Source of the DNA: the human T2T-CHM13v2.0 reference genome, Homo sapiens
Length of the DNA: 64,000 nucleotides
NCBI RefSeq assembly: GCF_009914755.1
Contig: NC_060930.1
Reading direction: 5' to 3' (one strand)
A program made the translations under genes and the position numbers. The notes below the pieces were generated by a model. It was not told the DNA's origin. It saw only the letters and a program-made list of their open reading frames with translations, and ran no database searches. Below are positions 1 through 16,245 of this stretch, piece by piece. Numbering within the stretch: position 1 is the stretch's first letter; the number at the start of each line of letters is the position of its first letter.

Positions 1-785
1 CTGAGAAACTTGCTTGAGGGCACACAGAAAATTAGAAAAGGGCCAGAATTAACTTTTATGTTCCCCATAAAGTCTTAATGTTTTACGTTTTATGTTTTAA
101 TCTGTCTCTTATTTCTTTTTTGTTCATGATAATGCTTGGCATTCATCCCTTAATTCCTCTTGGATATGCAGCAGGAATAAATGCCTTTCTAATCTAAAAG
201 CCCCCCTTCCGAAATTCTCTTTTACAAGTTGCAATAATTGCTTTGTTTCCATTTACTCCTTGAACAATGTTTTTGTCCAAGTACCACGAAATCAAATGTT
301 GAAGTGACCAGGCAGGTAAAATACACAAATGAAGTGGAACCCATGTAGATGGGATCGGAGTGACCCTCAACCCATTTCTGGGAGACCAGATGGTGGGGAC
401 TGTGGGAAGCTGGTGACACAAGCCCAATGTAAAGGCTCTAATTTTCGGAGAGAACAGAAATTCAGGTTCGTATATAAGGCTTTTAAATTTTATTGTGTTT
501 ATTTTGGTAACTAATTAAAATGTAAGATACTATAAAGGCCAAAACTAAAGACCAAACCAGGCTTGTCTGTGGGCTGTCTCTACGACAGCTCACTTCCTTT
601 TTATAGTGCCAGATTCAGCTGCTGGGGGGCATTTCACTCTGTATTTGAACTGGCTTCTAATGTATCAGCAATAAATCACATTAAAGTAAATCTAAGAATG
701 TTCTCAGTAATGCCAACATAGATGGATTAACTGTACAGCCTCCCCGGATGTCCGTTTATCAGGACAACTAATTTTACATTGAAAG

Positions 786-945
786 GTAGTGTTATATACT
801 AGTTAAGAACATAGCCTACGGAGTCACATTGCATGGGTTTGAATCCAGGCTCTGTTACTTACCAGCTATGTAACCTTGGGCAAGTGATTTAATTTCTTTG
901 AGTCCAAAGTTTTGCATCTGTAAGATGAAGATAATGACAGTTATC
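786..945 (+). mobile_element. MIR SINE
   Basis: MIR core: ggtttgaatccaggctctgttacttaccagctatgtaaccttgggcaagtg...catctgtaa. Confidence 0.8.
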
Positions 946-2212
946 ATGGCAATTATATGAATATATATACACACATGGATCTATAGTACTTAATATCTAA
1001 ATTAGCAATATTTAATTATTTGCTATTATTCACAAGTCATAGTGTTGGTGAAAAATAACAAAATTTTACATGTTTATGTCTCACCATATAAGGCCTCAGA
1101 TAACTTTCTCCTTCAGACAGAACATGTGGGAGAATAAGATCCCTGTGGCAAAATCCCATTCTTTGTCCTTAGCGCCAGATGCCATCACTTCTTGGAAATG
1201 TCATCATTGCATATTTCTCTGAGAAGAGATATAGAGTGAATTTTTAAAATACTAAAAATACTAGGAGTTAATAGCATGTCAAGTTATCTTTTTGCTTTTC
1301 TCTTTTTGGAGATCATCCATTTTAAAGTCAGGGACATTCTGTTTCAGAGTTGCAAGGCAGAAAAATCAAAGGACTTTTATTTTCCTCTTTTATGGGTTAC
1401 TGAAGCATGAAACTTATTGACAGATGCTAGCGCTAGATATAAGCTGCCATGCTGTTTTCCCCAAGTTCATTTTCACATTAAGTTATTCTGGCAGTTTTAA
1501 TTTTTTTAAGGTACCAAGAACCTTTTTAAATGCCTAGAAACGGAGAAAACAGAAGGTCATATCACATCTAAATCTATTTTACTTAATCATATAAGTTTGT
1601 AAATAGTAAACGACACAAAATTCATTTTTTGTAGCATAAATATCTTTGCCCACTGATGAAACTCAAGATGTGCTCTGCCCTTCAATGATTATGTAACTTC
1701 ATTTCCTGTACTCCTACAAATACATAAAATTATAGGACCTGCGCTTTCATTCTACCAAATTCTCTCTTTCCAAAGCAGAAGACCATCATAGGCTCTCAAA
1801 AATAATTCTGGTTGATTTTATGAAGATTGAGAAGAACACTTACTTCCATTCTGCTCTCACAAAGTGCTGTTAGGAAGTGGTCTTATGCCCATGCAAAATC
1901 CAACCCAGAAGCCAAGAAAAGCAGACATGCAGAAGCACAGAATCTCCCAAGATGGGAAGGCACATTAAAAATAACAATCTATACGCATGCTTGCACACAT
2001 GCATGCACACACACACACATTTAACAGAATCAAAGGTCAAAGAAATGCTACACAAAATCTGTAACTGGGTGCACAATGGCTCAAACCTAATGTTAACTGA
2101 TTAAAACAATTTTTCTATCCAGTACTATGTGTTTAGGAGCTGCTAGGCATATATCAAAATTGGATAACTTAGAACATAAACTGTTTTCCTCTCATATCTA
2201 TTTCAGAATTCT

Positions 2213-2392
2213 CAGAGTTTCTCAAATATGATGGGTAAACCGCCTGCAGAAAAATCACCCGGGGCCTTGTTAAAACTGGAGATCCCTGAGCCCAGCCCTG
2301 CAAGATGGAGAGGAGATTTAGAATTCGGGAACATGTTGTTTTAATTCAGAACTCAGGGAATGGTTATAAATATTAAAGTTTGAGAACCACTG
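2213..2392. mobile_element. MER5A-like hAT-Charlie DNA transposon fossil
   Basis: Terminal inverted repeats cagagtttctcaaa ... tttgagaaccactg. Confidence 0.7.
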
Positions 2393-2638
2393 ACGATCAG
2401 GATCTGTTGTGTACATTAACACAAGTGGAATTACTGTAATAGGGAAAAACACTTCTACTTAATATACCCAAAAATGATATACTTTAAAAATCTCAAACCT
2501 GACTTCTTAAGCTGCTTTAAAGAATGGTTTCTCTGTACATTCCAAATGGACTTTCACATATTTGCCCTCAGTGATTTCTCATGTAGCTTTGAATCCTGGA
2601 GAACTACCCAATAATTAGTCTTAGAAACCAGTGAAGGT

Positions 2639-2971
<333 letters not shown>

Positions 2972-4912
2972 TTAGCTTATTTTAGGTGTAAGGAGTTGTC
3001 TTTTAGTGTGCTGAAAACAGAAGTACAGCAAGCATTTAATCTTGCAGTGTTTCTTAAAAGAGACTTTAAATGCTAGAGCATTTCAAACCAAAAGAACAGC
3101 AGAAATTGTCATCTAAAGGTAATGTTTTTGTATCCCACCATTTTTATTACTCTAAAAGAAAAACCATAATTAAAATTAAGCACTAATATAGGTTAGAGTT
3201 TAAATTGTATATAATATTTAGAAACATGACAGCTTCTAAAATGCATTGAACCAGGACATGGTGTTTCAAATATAGAAGGTCCACAGATAATCAAGAATTC
3301 TAGCTTAAGTTTGGTACTCTTCTTTGTCCTGGGGCCACTATTTCCCATCAGTGACTTTTGGTACAAACCTGGTACTCTATGCACTCTAGAGGTGAATTGG
3401 GGGTTTTTTTGAGGTTTGATTTTAAGACAAAAAAAAAAAAAAACCCTGTATGTTTTAATTTAAAACAATGACTGGTAAATTCTCAAGGATGCATGCCCAG
3501 TGTTTCATTACAAGGGTGCTATTTCTTGTTTTCTGAAAATGCATATTACATTGTTCTTGTATTACTGCTATAGGGTACTATCTCTGCATATTATATTTCT
3601 AGTATTCATAGTTCATAGTTCGTGATTCTTAATTTTGCCACATTGGAGTTGTTTTCTCAATGACAGCCTTTTAGTCAACTAGATGCCCTGCCTTCTACCA
3701 TACTCATGATGTCTTACAGGCAATTGTGAATGTATTTGGAACAGCCAAAATTAACTTAATAGTCTAAATAGCAGAAGAAGTTAAATTTATTCTTCTAAAT
3801 TAATGTCACTAGTCCATTTAAGATACTGTGTATCTGTAGTGTTCATCATACATGTTATCACTTTCCCAAGTATTTCTTGTACACTGTCATGTAATAAATC
3901 TATATCTAAAGTCATCTTACATTTTGTTTGCCATTATATTAGGACAGAAGTGGTATTTCAATAATAGCTTTCTGTAAATATTTGTGGAAAGAACTTAAAC
4001 TAGATAGGGCTGGTTAAATGTATCCTAAATCTGTACTTGATTTGTTCCACAGGTTTCATCAAACCTTTGGTTAAAAAGTCCTGTATCTAAAATTTTGTTG
4101 GGAAATGAAGGCTGGGAAAATGCTATCTGATTCACTGACATTTAGCAGGAATTAATGACCAGTAACAATCAATCTCCCAGGAGACAAATGCAAGGAACCA
4201 GGTTCTTTCATACCTGGGTCGTTATGCAAAGAGATAACTTGCTGTGAAACTCTACACCTGGGACCACATTTTTACACCTGGTCAGCTTCACACTTCTTAC
4301 CAGCAGTTCCCTTCTCCAAAGCCCATTCTGGGTCAAAGAACAGAGCTAACATTTACTTCTATATCTAATTTTCTTTGAGCCCTTATTTTGTGCCAGGAGT
4401 TGTGCTAAGCTCTTTACAGTACCATTTGCTTGTATAATTATTAAATCCAATTTTACAGTTCAGAAAACTAAGATCCTATGCTTTTAAGGACTGTGGCATA
4501 TAACTGGAAGCATCCTTTGTTGTATAGACAAAACCAACCACCAGCAGTATAATATCTTTGGAACGACAACTCACTGCAGTCAACCCTTGCCAATAATTCT
4601 ACTGTCAGATATTGATAAGGTTTTCTTAAATATAAATCCTCAGCATTTTCAAAGTGTACATTTGATTGTTACAACTCCAAGATAAGCATGAAAGAGATTA
4701 TGATCCTTACTTTAGGAATGAGATAACTGAAGGGAGAATGCCAGTCAATTGACTCACACAAGATTATGTAACTAAATAGCAGAACTGAGTCTAGAACCTT
4801 GGCCTTCTGATGACTAGAAATATACAACTATATGGAATACAAAACTGAGCTGAAAGGAAAAGGTAGAGAAACAAAGCAAAAATATGAGCTTTGAACCACA
4901 TCGTAAACATAA

Positions 4913-5309
<397 letters not shown>

Positions 5310-7029
5310 TGATTTAATAATTTATTCAATAACATTATTTGAGACACAGAACACTTTTTCAGCTTATTTTTGCCATTCTATGCTGACTGCAGAAAGAATT
5401 GATTTGCATATGATCCTTAGTTATCAGTCACTGTATTCTGGACTGTATATTATATGAAAGTCTTCATCTGAGTCAAAAAGGAAAATCAATGTTATTTTTA
5501 ATTTTTGAAGTTAAAAATGTACAGAAGACCAGCACCACAATTCCAATGGTTACTTTATTAATCAGTATCATTGGGTTATTTATTATAAAAATTATAGTGA
5601 AAAAGAAAGTTAAAGTATGATGTAAACTTTCTTTTCTCTGACATCTACAAAGACTTCTCTACTGAAGTGAATCAATCCAAGCTCAAATTCATGAGACAGC
5701 TGCTTCTTGCTCAGTTAGGTTGAATGGTTTGTTCCATTTCTCTCCAAGCATCAGTTCTATTCTTCTCTTTGAAGATTCACTTTTATTGTTCCTGTTTTTT
5801 CTATATTCTGTCTGATTTTGCATGTGTAAGCTTTTTTTTTTTGTCTTTTTTCCTTCCTAAGGCATGGACTCTGGACCCAAATTTCCATGCTTTACAAGTC
5901 TAGCACCCATATTTACCAGCCATAATTTTGTCTCTTCATTGAAATTTTCAAGACATACCAACTAGTCTCAGCCTAGTCTTTGAGCATGTTCTAATCAGAT
6001 GTGATAATCATGGTGAAAGATTTACATAAATAATGCCATTAAAGCCCATCAAGTCAGGATAATACCCAAAGAAAAGAATATGAGCCAGGCAAACACCAAA
6101 AACATGTCTACTGTTAACATTTATCAAACATTATCCTAGTTACCACAACAAAGAAAAACACAGGATTTTCTGGAAATATACAGAACATACATTTAAACCA
6201 CAACAGAAACCATCATATAAAGTTTCTAAAGGAGGTAACATAGGAGCTGAGATTTGAAAGATGGATAAAAAGTTAGGAAAAGACAATGAAACAAGGAGTT
6301 TCACACAAAGGAATTAACATGCATAAAGATGTATGACACAGTTTGTCATCTTGAAAAAACTACAGGTATTTCAATATACCTATCCATGACTCTCTTCTGT
6401 CTCTGCTTGGAGAAAAGCATAGAAGTTTGAGGCCAAATGTTTCCTCTTAAGTGAGGGAGAAGTTGCACATAGTCCTAATCATATCATATATGTGAGAACC
6501 ACCAGGTGTCTATGTCTACTGCAATGGGATCAAGAAATGTAATCCCTAGCTTGCTTGACACAAATCAGCTAAAATTCTATTATGGAAAAAGGAATTTCTA
6601 GCAATCCTTGCTATAGGACAGTAGCTGGAGAGGTTAAAGCCAGTGAAGTGTGGATTAGATAACCTAGGAAGAATGAGTAAACTGAGAAGAAAAGGACAAG
6701 GACAGAACTCATGTATCTTATTAGTCCTTTTCAGGCTGCATGAGAGACATCAGTTGGATTCCAGATTCCCTCATCTCTTTAAAACATCAGGAGACATATT
6801 TCTTACCTTGCTTTTTTCTTGAGCTTTTGGTGACGTGACTCCCAATTGTCTATTTCATAATATATAACACTGTGGTAAGAAATGACCCCAATTCCAGTTA
6901 TATTTCCAGAATTATCACCCCCACCACTAACAGCATGCTGCAGCTTTGCCTTCCTGACCTTCTGCTTTATCTGCTGAGGAGATCAGCTGAAGCACATAGA
7001 AAGCATATTATAAAACATTTGCATAACAG

Positions 7030-7300
7030 ATGATTTGTAGAGACAACTAGTAGATTGGCTAAACCAGGATTATAGGGGTCTGAAAAGAATGATGGTTTAA
7101 TATTAACAAGATAAAATTTCCTAGGCATACGTGCTGTATAGTTTTAAAAATCTGAATTCGTAAGAGGTAGAAGATCTTGCTCAACAGTTAATACGAAAAG
7201 ACCTTGAGTTTTATTTAACCACAAGATCAATATTCCAGAACACTATGATATAATTGCTAAGGAAGTAAAGCAGTCTTAGGCTTTATTAGTTTGTTAGCAC
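7030..7300 (+). mobile_element. L3/CR1 LINE fragment
   Basis: aaagaccttgagttttatttaaccacaag...gcagtcttaggctttatt resembles the CR1/L3 ORF2 3' region. Confidence 0.5.
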
Positions 7301-7996
7301 ATACCACAAAAAACAATGGTACACAAAACATTGTATACTCAGCTCTTAGGCATGCCATTCTCATATTTACAACTTACAATCACATTTGACTTCTTCCCCC
7401 TTCCCACCACATCCAATTAATGTCAAGTCCCATTTATTCTAACTTTTTAAAATGTTGTGATCCTTATGGTATTGAACTGGAATTTGAGGCATCAGTATGA
7501 ATTCATTATGTATAATTACATATTACATACTACAAATATGTATTTGATAGAGTTATAAACGTGTGTGTGTGTACATTTCTTAGCAAAAACAACACAATAG
7601 CAATGAGCACATCAAACACTCAGATCTATTTCTAAATATCATTTTTCACTAGACGGGATCAGGGATCCATAAAGAAGTGGCCACATTTAGGGCTGGGGCT
7701 TGGAAACTGTAAAAAGAGCCTGGAACATTTTATTGTACAGAAAGTATTAAAACAATAATGGGGACACGTTAAAAAATATATACAGAATCCAGTTTAATGG
7801 ATATTAAAACTGGTGGATGAAATCATGTTTGATGAGCAAGGAGATATTTAGGAGATATTTACATAGTTTCAGAGTAATCTCTTATAAATTATTAATTACA
7901 AAGAGAAAAATAGTAACTTTACAGTAGATTTAGCAACCAAATTTATTTAAGTAATCAAAGTTAATGTCGCTAATAATGAAACAAATTGACATTTTA

Positions 7997-8283
7997 GGCC
8001 AAGCACGGTGGCTCATGCCTGTAATCCCAGCACTTTGGGAGGCCGAGGAGGGAAGATCACGAGCTCAAGATATCAAGACCATCCTGGCCAACATGGTGAA
8101 ACCCTGTCTCTACTAAAAATACAAAAATTAGCTGGGCGTGGTGGTGCATGCCTGTAGTCCCAGCTACTCGGGAGGCTGAGGCAGCAGAATCGCTTGAACC
8201 TGGGAGGTGCAGGTTGCAACACACTACTAACTCCAGCCTGGGCGACAGAGCAAGACTGTCTAAAAAAAATAAAAAAAGAAAAA
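7997..8283 (+). mobile_element. AluS (Sc-like) with a small right-arm deletion
   Basis: Alu body and A-rich tail. Confidence 0.93.
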
Positions 8284-8287
8284 CACA

Positions 8288-9342
<1,055 letters not shown>

Positions 9343-10099
9343 CTATGAATCTATGAATCACATAACAATATTGTTGCTAGCTGTCCTGGTTTCGAAGGAG
9401 GTACTTTGGTTATGTAAGACAGTATTTAGGAAATACATACAGAAGTATTTGTGCAAAAGAGAAGACACCAAGAGAAAGAAACAAATGCTAAATGGGGCAA
9501 AATATTAAGAATTGCTGAGTCTGGGAAGAGGATATAGAGGTCTTTATAATATTTTTTGCAACCTTTCTGTAAGTAAAACATTATGTTAAAATTAGAAACT
9601 AAAAAAGTTTTGAATCTGACCCCAGTAGTTAGCAATAGCTTGTTTCCCGAGTCTGGTAAATACTTCCAATGAAAAATAATAAATCCATAATCCATTAATC
9701 TAGCAACTTCCATCTGCTATGTACAAATTTAAAGAACGGAAAAGATTTTCAACTCTTGTTTACTTTAACATGGTTGTTGTTTGATATAATTTTTTATGTT
9801 TTAACTTATACCAACCAAGGTGATCGGACCATCATCTAGCAATCACCTATGTAGTCAGCTTTCAATAATGGAATTTCAAAGAGAAAGAAAAGTAGAAGTC
9901 TAGATCTAAAAGTTATGTTTTAGGATACTAAATGTGATCCCATATAAGCTAAAAATATGCTATAGGCATGACAATATCTTGGGGCAGTTTCATCCTCAGG
10001 ACACAACTGCCATAGCTAACATGGAATGCAAAATAATTCTTAATGGAGTACTCTGGCCTTAGCGTTATAATTCAACTACACCAGTCACTAAATGAATTA

Positions 10100-10580
10100 T
10101 TTATTTATTTATTTATTATGATTATACTTTAAGTTTTAGGGTACATGTGCACAAAGTGCAGGTTAGTTACATATGTATACATGTGCCATGCTGGTGTGCT
10201 GCACCCACTAACTCGTCATCTAGCATTAGGTATATCTCCCAATGCTATACCTCCCCCCTCCCCCCACCCCACAACAGTCCCCAGAGTGTGATGTTCCCCT
10301 TCCTGTGTCCGTGTGTTCTCATTGTTCAATTCCCATCTATGAGTGAGAATATGCGGTGTTTGGTTTTTTGTTCTTGCGATAGTTTACTGAGAATGATGAT
10401 TTCCAATTTCATCCATGTCCCTACAAAGGACATGAACTCATCATTTTTTATGGCTGCATAGTATTCCATGGTGTATATGTGCCACATTTTCTTAATCCAG
10501 TCTATCATTGTTGGACATTTGGGTTGGTTCCAAGTCTTTGCTATTGTGAATAACGCCGCAATAAACATACATGTGTATGT
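10100..10580 (-). mobile_element. Young 5'-truncated L1PA (L1PA2-like) 3' end
   Basis: ORF 10326-10568(-) is the L1 ORF2 C-terminus (MFIAALFTIAKTWNQPKCP...). 3' UTR has GCTAGATGACGAG (GAG, non-Ta). Perfect TSD ACTAAATGAATT at 10088-10099 and 10581-10592. Confidence 0.95.
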
Positions 10581-11714
10581 ACTAAATGAATTTTAAAACA
10601 TATCACATATATTTAGTATATTTATATTCCTAGCAAGAACTCTACAAAGAAATGATTTTTACCCCAGTTTTACATATAAGGAAACTGAAGCAGAAAGATA
10701 TTGAATAACTTGTCCACACACCCTGTAAGGATTTGAACTGGGACTTGAACCCAGTGGCTCCTGTTCACAAAAATAGTGCCTACTTGTCTTTGTCCTTCCT
10801 ACTTACATGTGAATGACAAAGACCTTCAAGACTGCAAACACTCCATAAAAGAGTAGAGGTAATACTAGTTAATGTGGCTAGCCTCTTACCCAAGAGTGCT
10901 CTTCTAGAAATCTATTCCTAAGAAATAGTTATCATTGCATATCAAAGTTTATACACAAAAATGTTATTCATATTGGCAAAAATATACTTCAAAGAACCTA
11001 AATGTCAAATAATAGAGATTGAATAAACCATGGTGCATACAATAGAATATTTTCAGATAATTTTGATAAGAAAATGCTTATTATACAATGTTGAGTTAAA
11101 AACAGGAGAATGCAAGGTTAGATAGCATGACTCAAATATACATATCTACAGACATGTACATCTGTGCAAGTATATATAGGAAAAATAGAAGGAAATGAAT
11201 CAAAATGTTAAATATGTTTATTGTTGGGCCTACATTTGTCTATCTTGTCTTTATTTTCCAAACTTTCCCATGTTAGTTGCAGTTACTTTTGTGATTTTTA
11301 AAAAGCCAATAAAAACCATTAAAAAGAAAATTACATGTAGCTTTTGAAAAGGTAAGAAGAAAAATAGATAAGCCAACATAAGAAAGGTACTTGGGAGACT
11401 AGTGTCTCGTTGCCTGCAGTCACCAAATAAGGCAGGCAGTGGAGAGAGTTCCACTCTCTCTCTACAAGAAAGTTTCCACTTTGTGGGTTCTATAAAAAAG
11501 GGATTTGCGGGTTTGGGAAATTGTTCATTTCACAGCTACATTCACACAGGTTTTCAAGGACACCACTGGTGCCATCTTCTAAGAAATAGAAAAAAAAAAA
11601 CCACTTTAGGGAAAGTAGAATATATCCACCATTTATAAAAAGATCCAGGAAAAAGAAAATCAAAAGTAATGTACTTGAATGCAGAAATTTAAAATAAATA
11701 AAACAGGGCAGTGA

Positions 11715-12005
11715 AGTGATTCAATATAATACTACAATGGTAGATACATGTCATTATACATTTGTCAAAATCTATAAACCAAACATTAAGAGTGAACCCT
11801 CATGTAAACCATGGACTCTAGGGGATAATAATGTGTCAATGTAGTCTCAGTGATGGTAACAAATGGACCACTCTAGTGCCAGACGCTGATAGCAGGGAAG
11901 GTCTTTGCATGGTGGTGGGGAGAAGAGGATATATCAGAGCTCTGTACTTTCTGCTCAATTTGTCTGTGAACCTAAAATTCTCAAAAATATAGTTCATTAA
12001 TTTAA
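11715..12005 (+). mobile_element. L1M (L1MC/MD-type) 3' end
   Basis: gagtgaaccctcatgtaaac...tgtgaacctaaaa motif. Confidence 0.7.
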
Positions 12006-12292
12006 AACATTTTTTAAAAAGTGAAAATGGAATTTTCCTGTAAACTCTAACACAATTCTCTAATCATTTGAAATTTAAGCTATGAAATCATTGAAGAGAT
12101 TTAATTGGATTAACTTAATTTGGATTAGATTTGATGCAATTGGATTGAAGTGAATTAGAATTTTAATATATGCCTCTATATTGTATGCTTACATTCCTTA
12201 GGAGGAGGGAAAATTATTTTTAGGGAATGTTTGTGTGCATGTGCATATGCATGGATAGATGATTGACAGATGGATACAAGATACATAGATAC

Positions 12293-12307
12293 GTGTGTGT
12301 GTGTGTG

Positions 12308-12351
<44 letters not shown>

Positions 12352-12360
12352 TATATATAT
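12293..12360. repeat. Compound microsatellite (GT)8(AT)~13(AC)8(AT)5
   Basis: Read directly. Confidence 0.9.
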
Positions 12361-12956
12361 TCACTATGCATTTAACAGAACACCTGGTCGGACACTGGTG
12401 CTAGCTACTAACGATAAAAACAACTAAAGGTAAATTATTGTACTTTAAGAGATTGCAGCCTATCAGAGACACAGGCATGCAAACAGTCAGGAGTACCCTC
12501 TACTCACATAGATGCTGTGTGCTGTATTAACTCTGGGGGTCGGGGGTGGGAAGGCAAGGCATCTACTTTGTAGATTAGGGAATGAATGCTATTACTTGGA
12601 GTTGCTCAGAAGTCCTATAAGAAGTTACAAAACAAAAAGAAGAGTGGGCTGTGGGGACATTGATGAGTAGGCACCCGGTCTTTAAGGAAATGACAGAGGC
12701 ATCACGTATCAGATGACACAGGACTTGAGATTAATAGAATGTTAAGAAAGAAGTCATGTTCCAGCACCAGCAAAATCAGGGCTGGGGAAAAGACAGATTT
12801 CCATATTTCTAGAAAGTAATATGCAAGGTGAGTAGTAACCCGAGATAAACTAGAGGAGCATGCAGGGACCAGGTGGTGAGAATATAGAGAGTAAAAGTTG
12901 TATCCCAGAGGGAGTGAAGAGATGTGAAGAGTTTTGAATAAAGACATGACCTGATT

Positions 12957-12959
<3 letters not shown>

Positions 12960-12988
<29 letters not shown>

Positions 12989-13270
12989 GTGGAGACAGTC
13001 TTTCTCTGTTGCCCAGGCTGGAGTGCAGTGGTGCCATCTTGGCTCACTGCAAGCTCTGCCTCCTGGGTTTAAGCTATTCTGCTGCCTCAGCCTCCTGAAT
13101 AGCTGGGATTACAGGTACCCACCACCATGCCTTGATAATTTATGTAGTTTTAGTAGAGATGGTGTTTCCCTATATTGGCCAGGCTGGTCTTGAACTTCTG
13201 ACCTCAGGTGATCTGCCTGACTCGGCCTCCCAAAGTCCTGGGATTACAGGCATGAGCCACCGCGCCCAGC
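12960..13270 (-). mobile_element. AluS inserted into an L2 fragment
   Basis: Long T tail, reverse Alu, TSD cctgattagatt. Confidence 0.95.
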
Positions 13271-15887
13271 CCTGATTAGATTTTTACATTGGATAAATAA
13301 TCCTTGGGTAGCAAGGAGAGATTCCATACTAGAGACAGGAAGATAAGGAAGTCAATATTGCAGTAATCTAAGTGAAAATAATGAAGGCTCAAACTAGGAC
13401 AAGTGGTGCAGTGGGGAGAAGAGGAGGAAACAGGCCCTGAGCTGTTGAGGAGTAAGAGTCCTGGGGCTTAGTGACTAACGAATGTGATGGTGAGAGACAA
13501 ATAGTGGTAGTCTTCTCCGAAGGAGAGAACATAAGGAACATGTTCAAGGGAAGAGATGAGCAGCCTAGTTTTAGACATGTTGACTTAGTGCCTAGATGGC
13601 ATTCATGTGAAAATGTCCACATGACAATGGGCTATTTAAATCTCACTTCCCTTTCACTGACACTGAAGAACTGGTGACTTCAGGATCTATATAGCCCCCC
13701 TATATTTGTATGTGACACATGTCAGGGAACCATGCAACTTGCAGAGGGAAGTGGCCTGGCAGTTCAGGGCCAACTTTCACCAAGGGAGCAGGGAAGACTG
13801 ACGCTAGCCCTGACCAAGGTGAGCACTGAGCTTACTTACTCTCTTCTAAGGCATCCATCCTTTGCTGTCAGGCTGATTTTCTGGAAAATGCTGGCAGGAT
13901 AGAGCATGTATCTTCTGATCAGGAGGATGTTTAGCTTGTGTCCTCATATTTGCAAAGAATATGGATGAAGCCAGGTAGGTTTACAGTTAGCATTTGAAAA
14001 CATCTAATTAGGAAAAAGAAATAAGTACCACCTACCTTCCTATACCAGTATCAAAAGCACATTTATTAAGAATATATTTAGATGAAACTCCCTGGTGGTC
14101 ATTCCATAAAAATCATTAAACTCTATCCATCATCCATCAGAATTTAGAGAACAGTACTTCAACTGTAAAATAAGCCAACATGAACAACCACCCTCAGGCT
14201 AAAGTGATTGAACATGACAAACACAAATATCAAAGTATGTAGTGTGAGAAATGGCCAGCTCAGAGTAAAACATGGAGGCAAACAAATACATATACATGAA
14301 GAAATAGTCATTTCCCTATCAAGCTATTAAGAAAAGTATCATTGAAGACAATACTTTTGCTATTTGTAGAATGATGAGCCTGGGTTTCTGGGAATAGAAC
14401 TTTCCACAATAAAAAAAGTAGCCTGGTAATGGCTTGTAAGAAGGTATAAGATAACCTGATAAAAGGGGAATTGTGTTAATTTGCTTAGGGAGAGGGAACA
14501 TGTTACATCTTCGAGGTAGAGAATGGGGATCATAGTTGCAACTCTCAATAGGAAGGCATTTTGATAACAGCTACTACAGATCTATTGTCTGCGCTCAATA
14601 TTAGAAATTGCAATCCAAATATGTAAGTTAGGAGCACATGTGAAACCACCCCATATTATGCCTTGTTAAACAGAAGTAAATTTTGAATTACATGAGTTTT
14701 ATTATGCAATCTCCTCAGGCTTCATTGTAGTGTTGTGACTTCTATTGTAAGTTTCCAATTTTCAAGAATAATGACAACGTACTTAAGCTTGCCTATTTTA
14801 TGAAATAATACATTTCTATTTCAGGTGAGAAATAAGCTGCATGATGAACTCCTGAAGAAGGAAATTACATTCATTTCCTTCATTACAATATTTCTGCTAC
14901 AAAATGTTAGTACAATGAGCATGTTTGTAACTGCAACCAGACAACTTTCACCACTAGTAATTATAGGGGTAGAACAGGTTTCACAAAATGGAGTGAAACA
15001 GGACAAAAGAACAGAGCCAATGAGGTTAGGGTCTGACAGCTGGTAGGATATCAGCCTAATGTAAAGTTTTGGTTTGCTGTGCTGGCGCTCAGCGTAGATT
15101 TATTAAGAGGGTTCTTTGGGGATGTCAGCCTCAGCCACTGTGACAGCAACATTACTATTACCAGATGATGCTGAGTCTTAGGATTGTTAGAGTCAGTTAA
15201 GTTTTCTGACTGTCTGGATTATAAGCAGTGGGAATCTATATAACATTTTCAAAGTTATTGATTTAGAAAAGTCACTGATCAAAAAGCAGGCGAAAATTCA
15301 GTGCTAACACCAAAAAAAAAAAAAAAAAAATCACAAAGATAGAGATAATGTTAGGAGGAATTATATTTATTCCAGTACTTGGGTAGAAAATCAACTAAAA
15401 TCTTGGACAAGTGAAATAAAATGAAATACAATGAAAACTGGAAGGGAATAAAACAAATCTCTGCTGAGTGCTTAATTAAACCTAGGAGGAAAGACAAAGT
15501 CAAACTGAATTAATAGAATATTTGCTATTGATGCTATTTATAACCTTGATTCAGAATCTTGAAATTTTCATTAATAAGGTATATCCCTAAATTCTAACCA
15601 TTTCCACAAAGCTACAAACTAACAAAAATTTTACAAAATGCTTTAGAACAATATTTTAAATAATTTTTAAAAAATGGAATGGAAGATTGAAATTGAAATG
15701 TGGAGAAAAATAAATAATGCTTACCTGCCATAAATTCTGAGATTTATCCCTACTTACCCCTTTTCCTAGGCAAAATGAGAGGGGAATAATAAGGCCCTGG
15801 AGAGGTGAGTGACTTCAGTTCTTTGGAAGGTCATTGCTGTGTGGAGGAGCTGGGTGCTCATACAAAAATGACTGCACTGTCAATTCA

Positions 15888-16245
<358 letters not shown>

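Noticed and set aside
14810-14830. tttctatttcAG|GTGAGA, a recursive-splice-site-like motif on the + strand
   Set aside because: It lies 16 kb upstream of the STXBP5 promoter with no evidence of a + strand transcript there, so probably chance.
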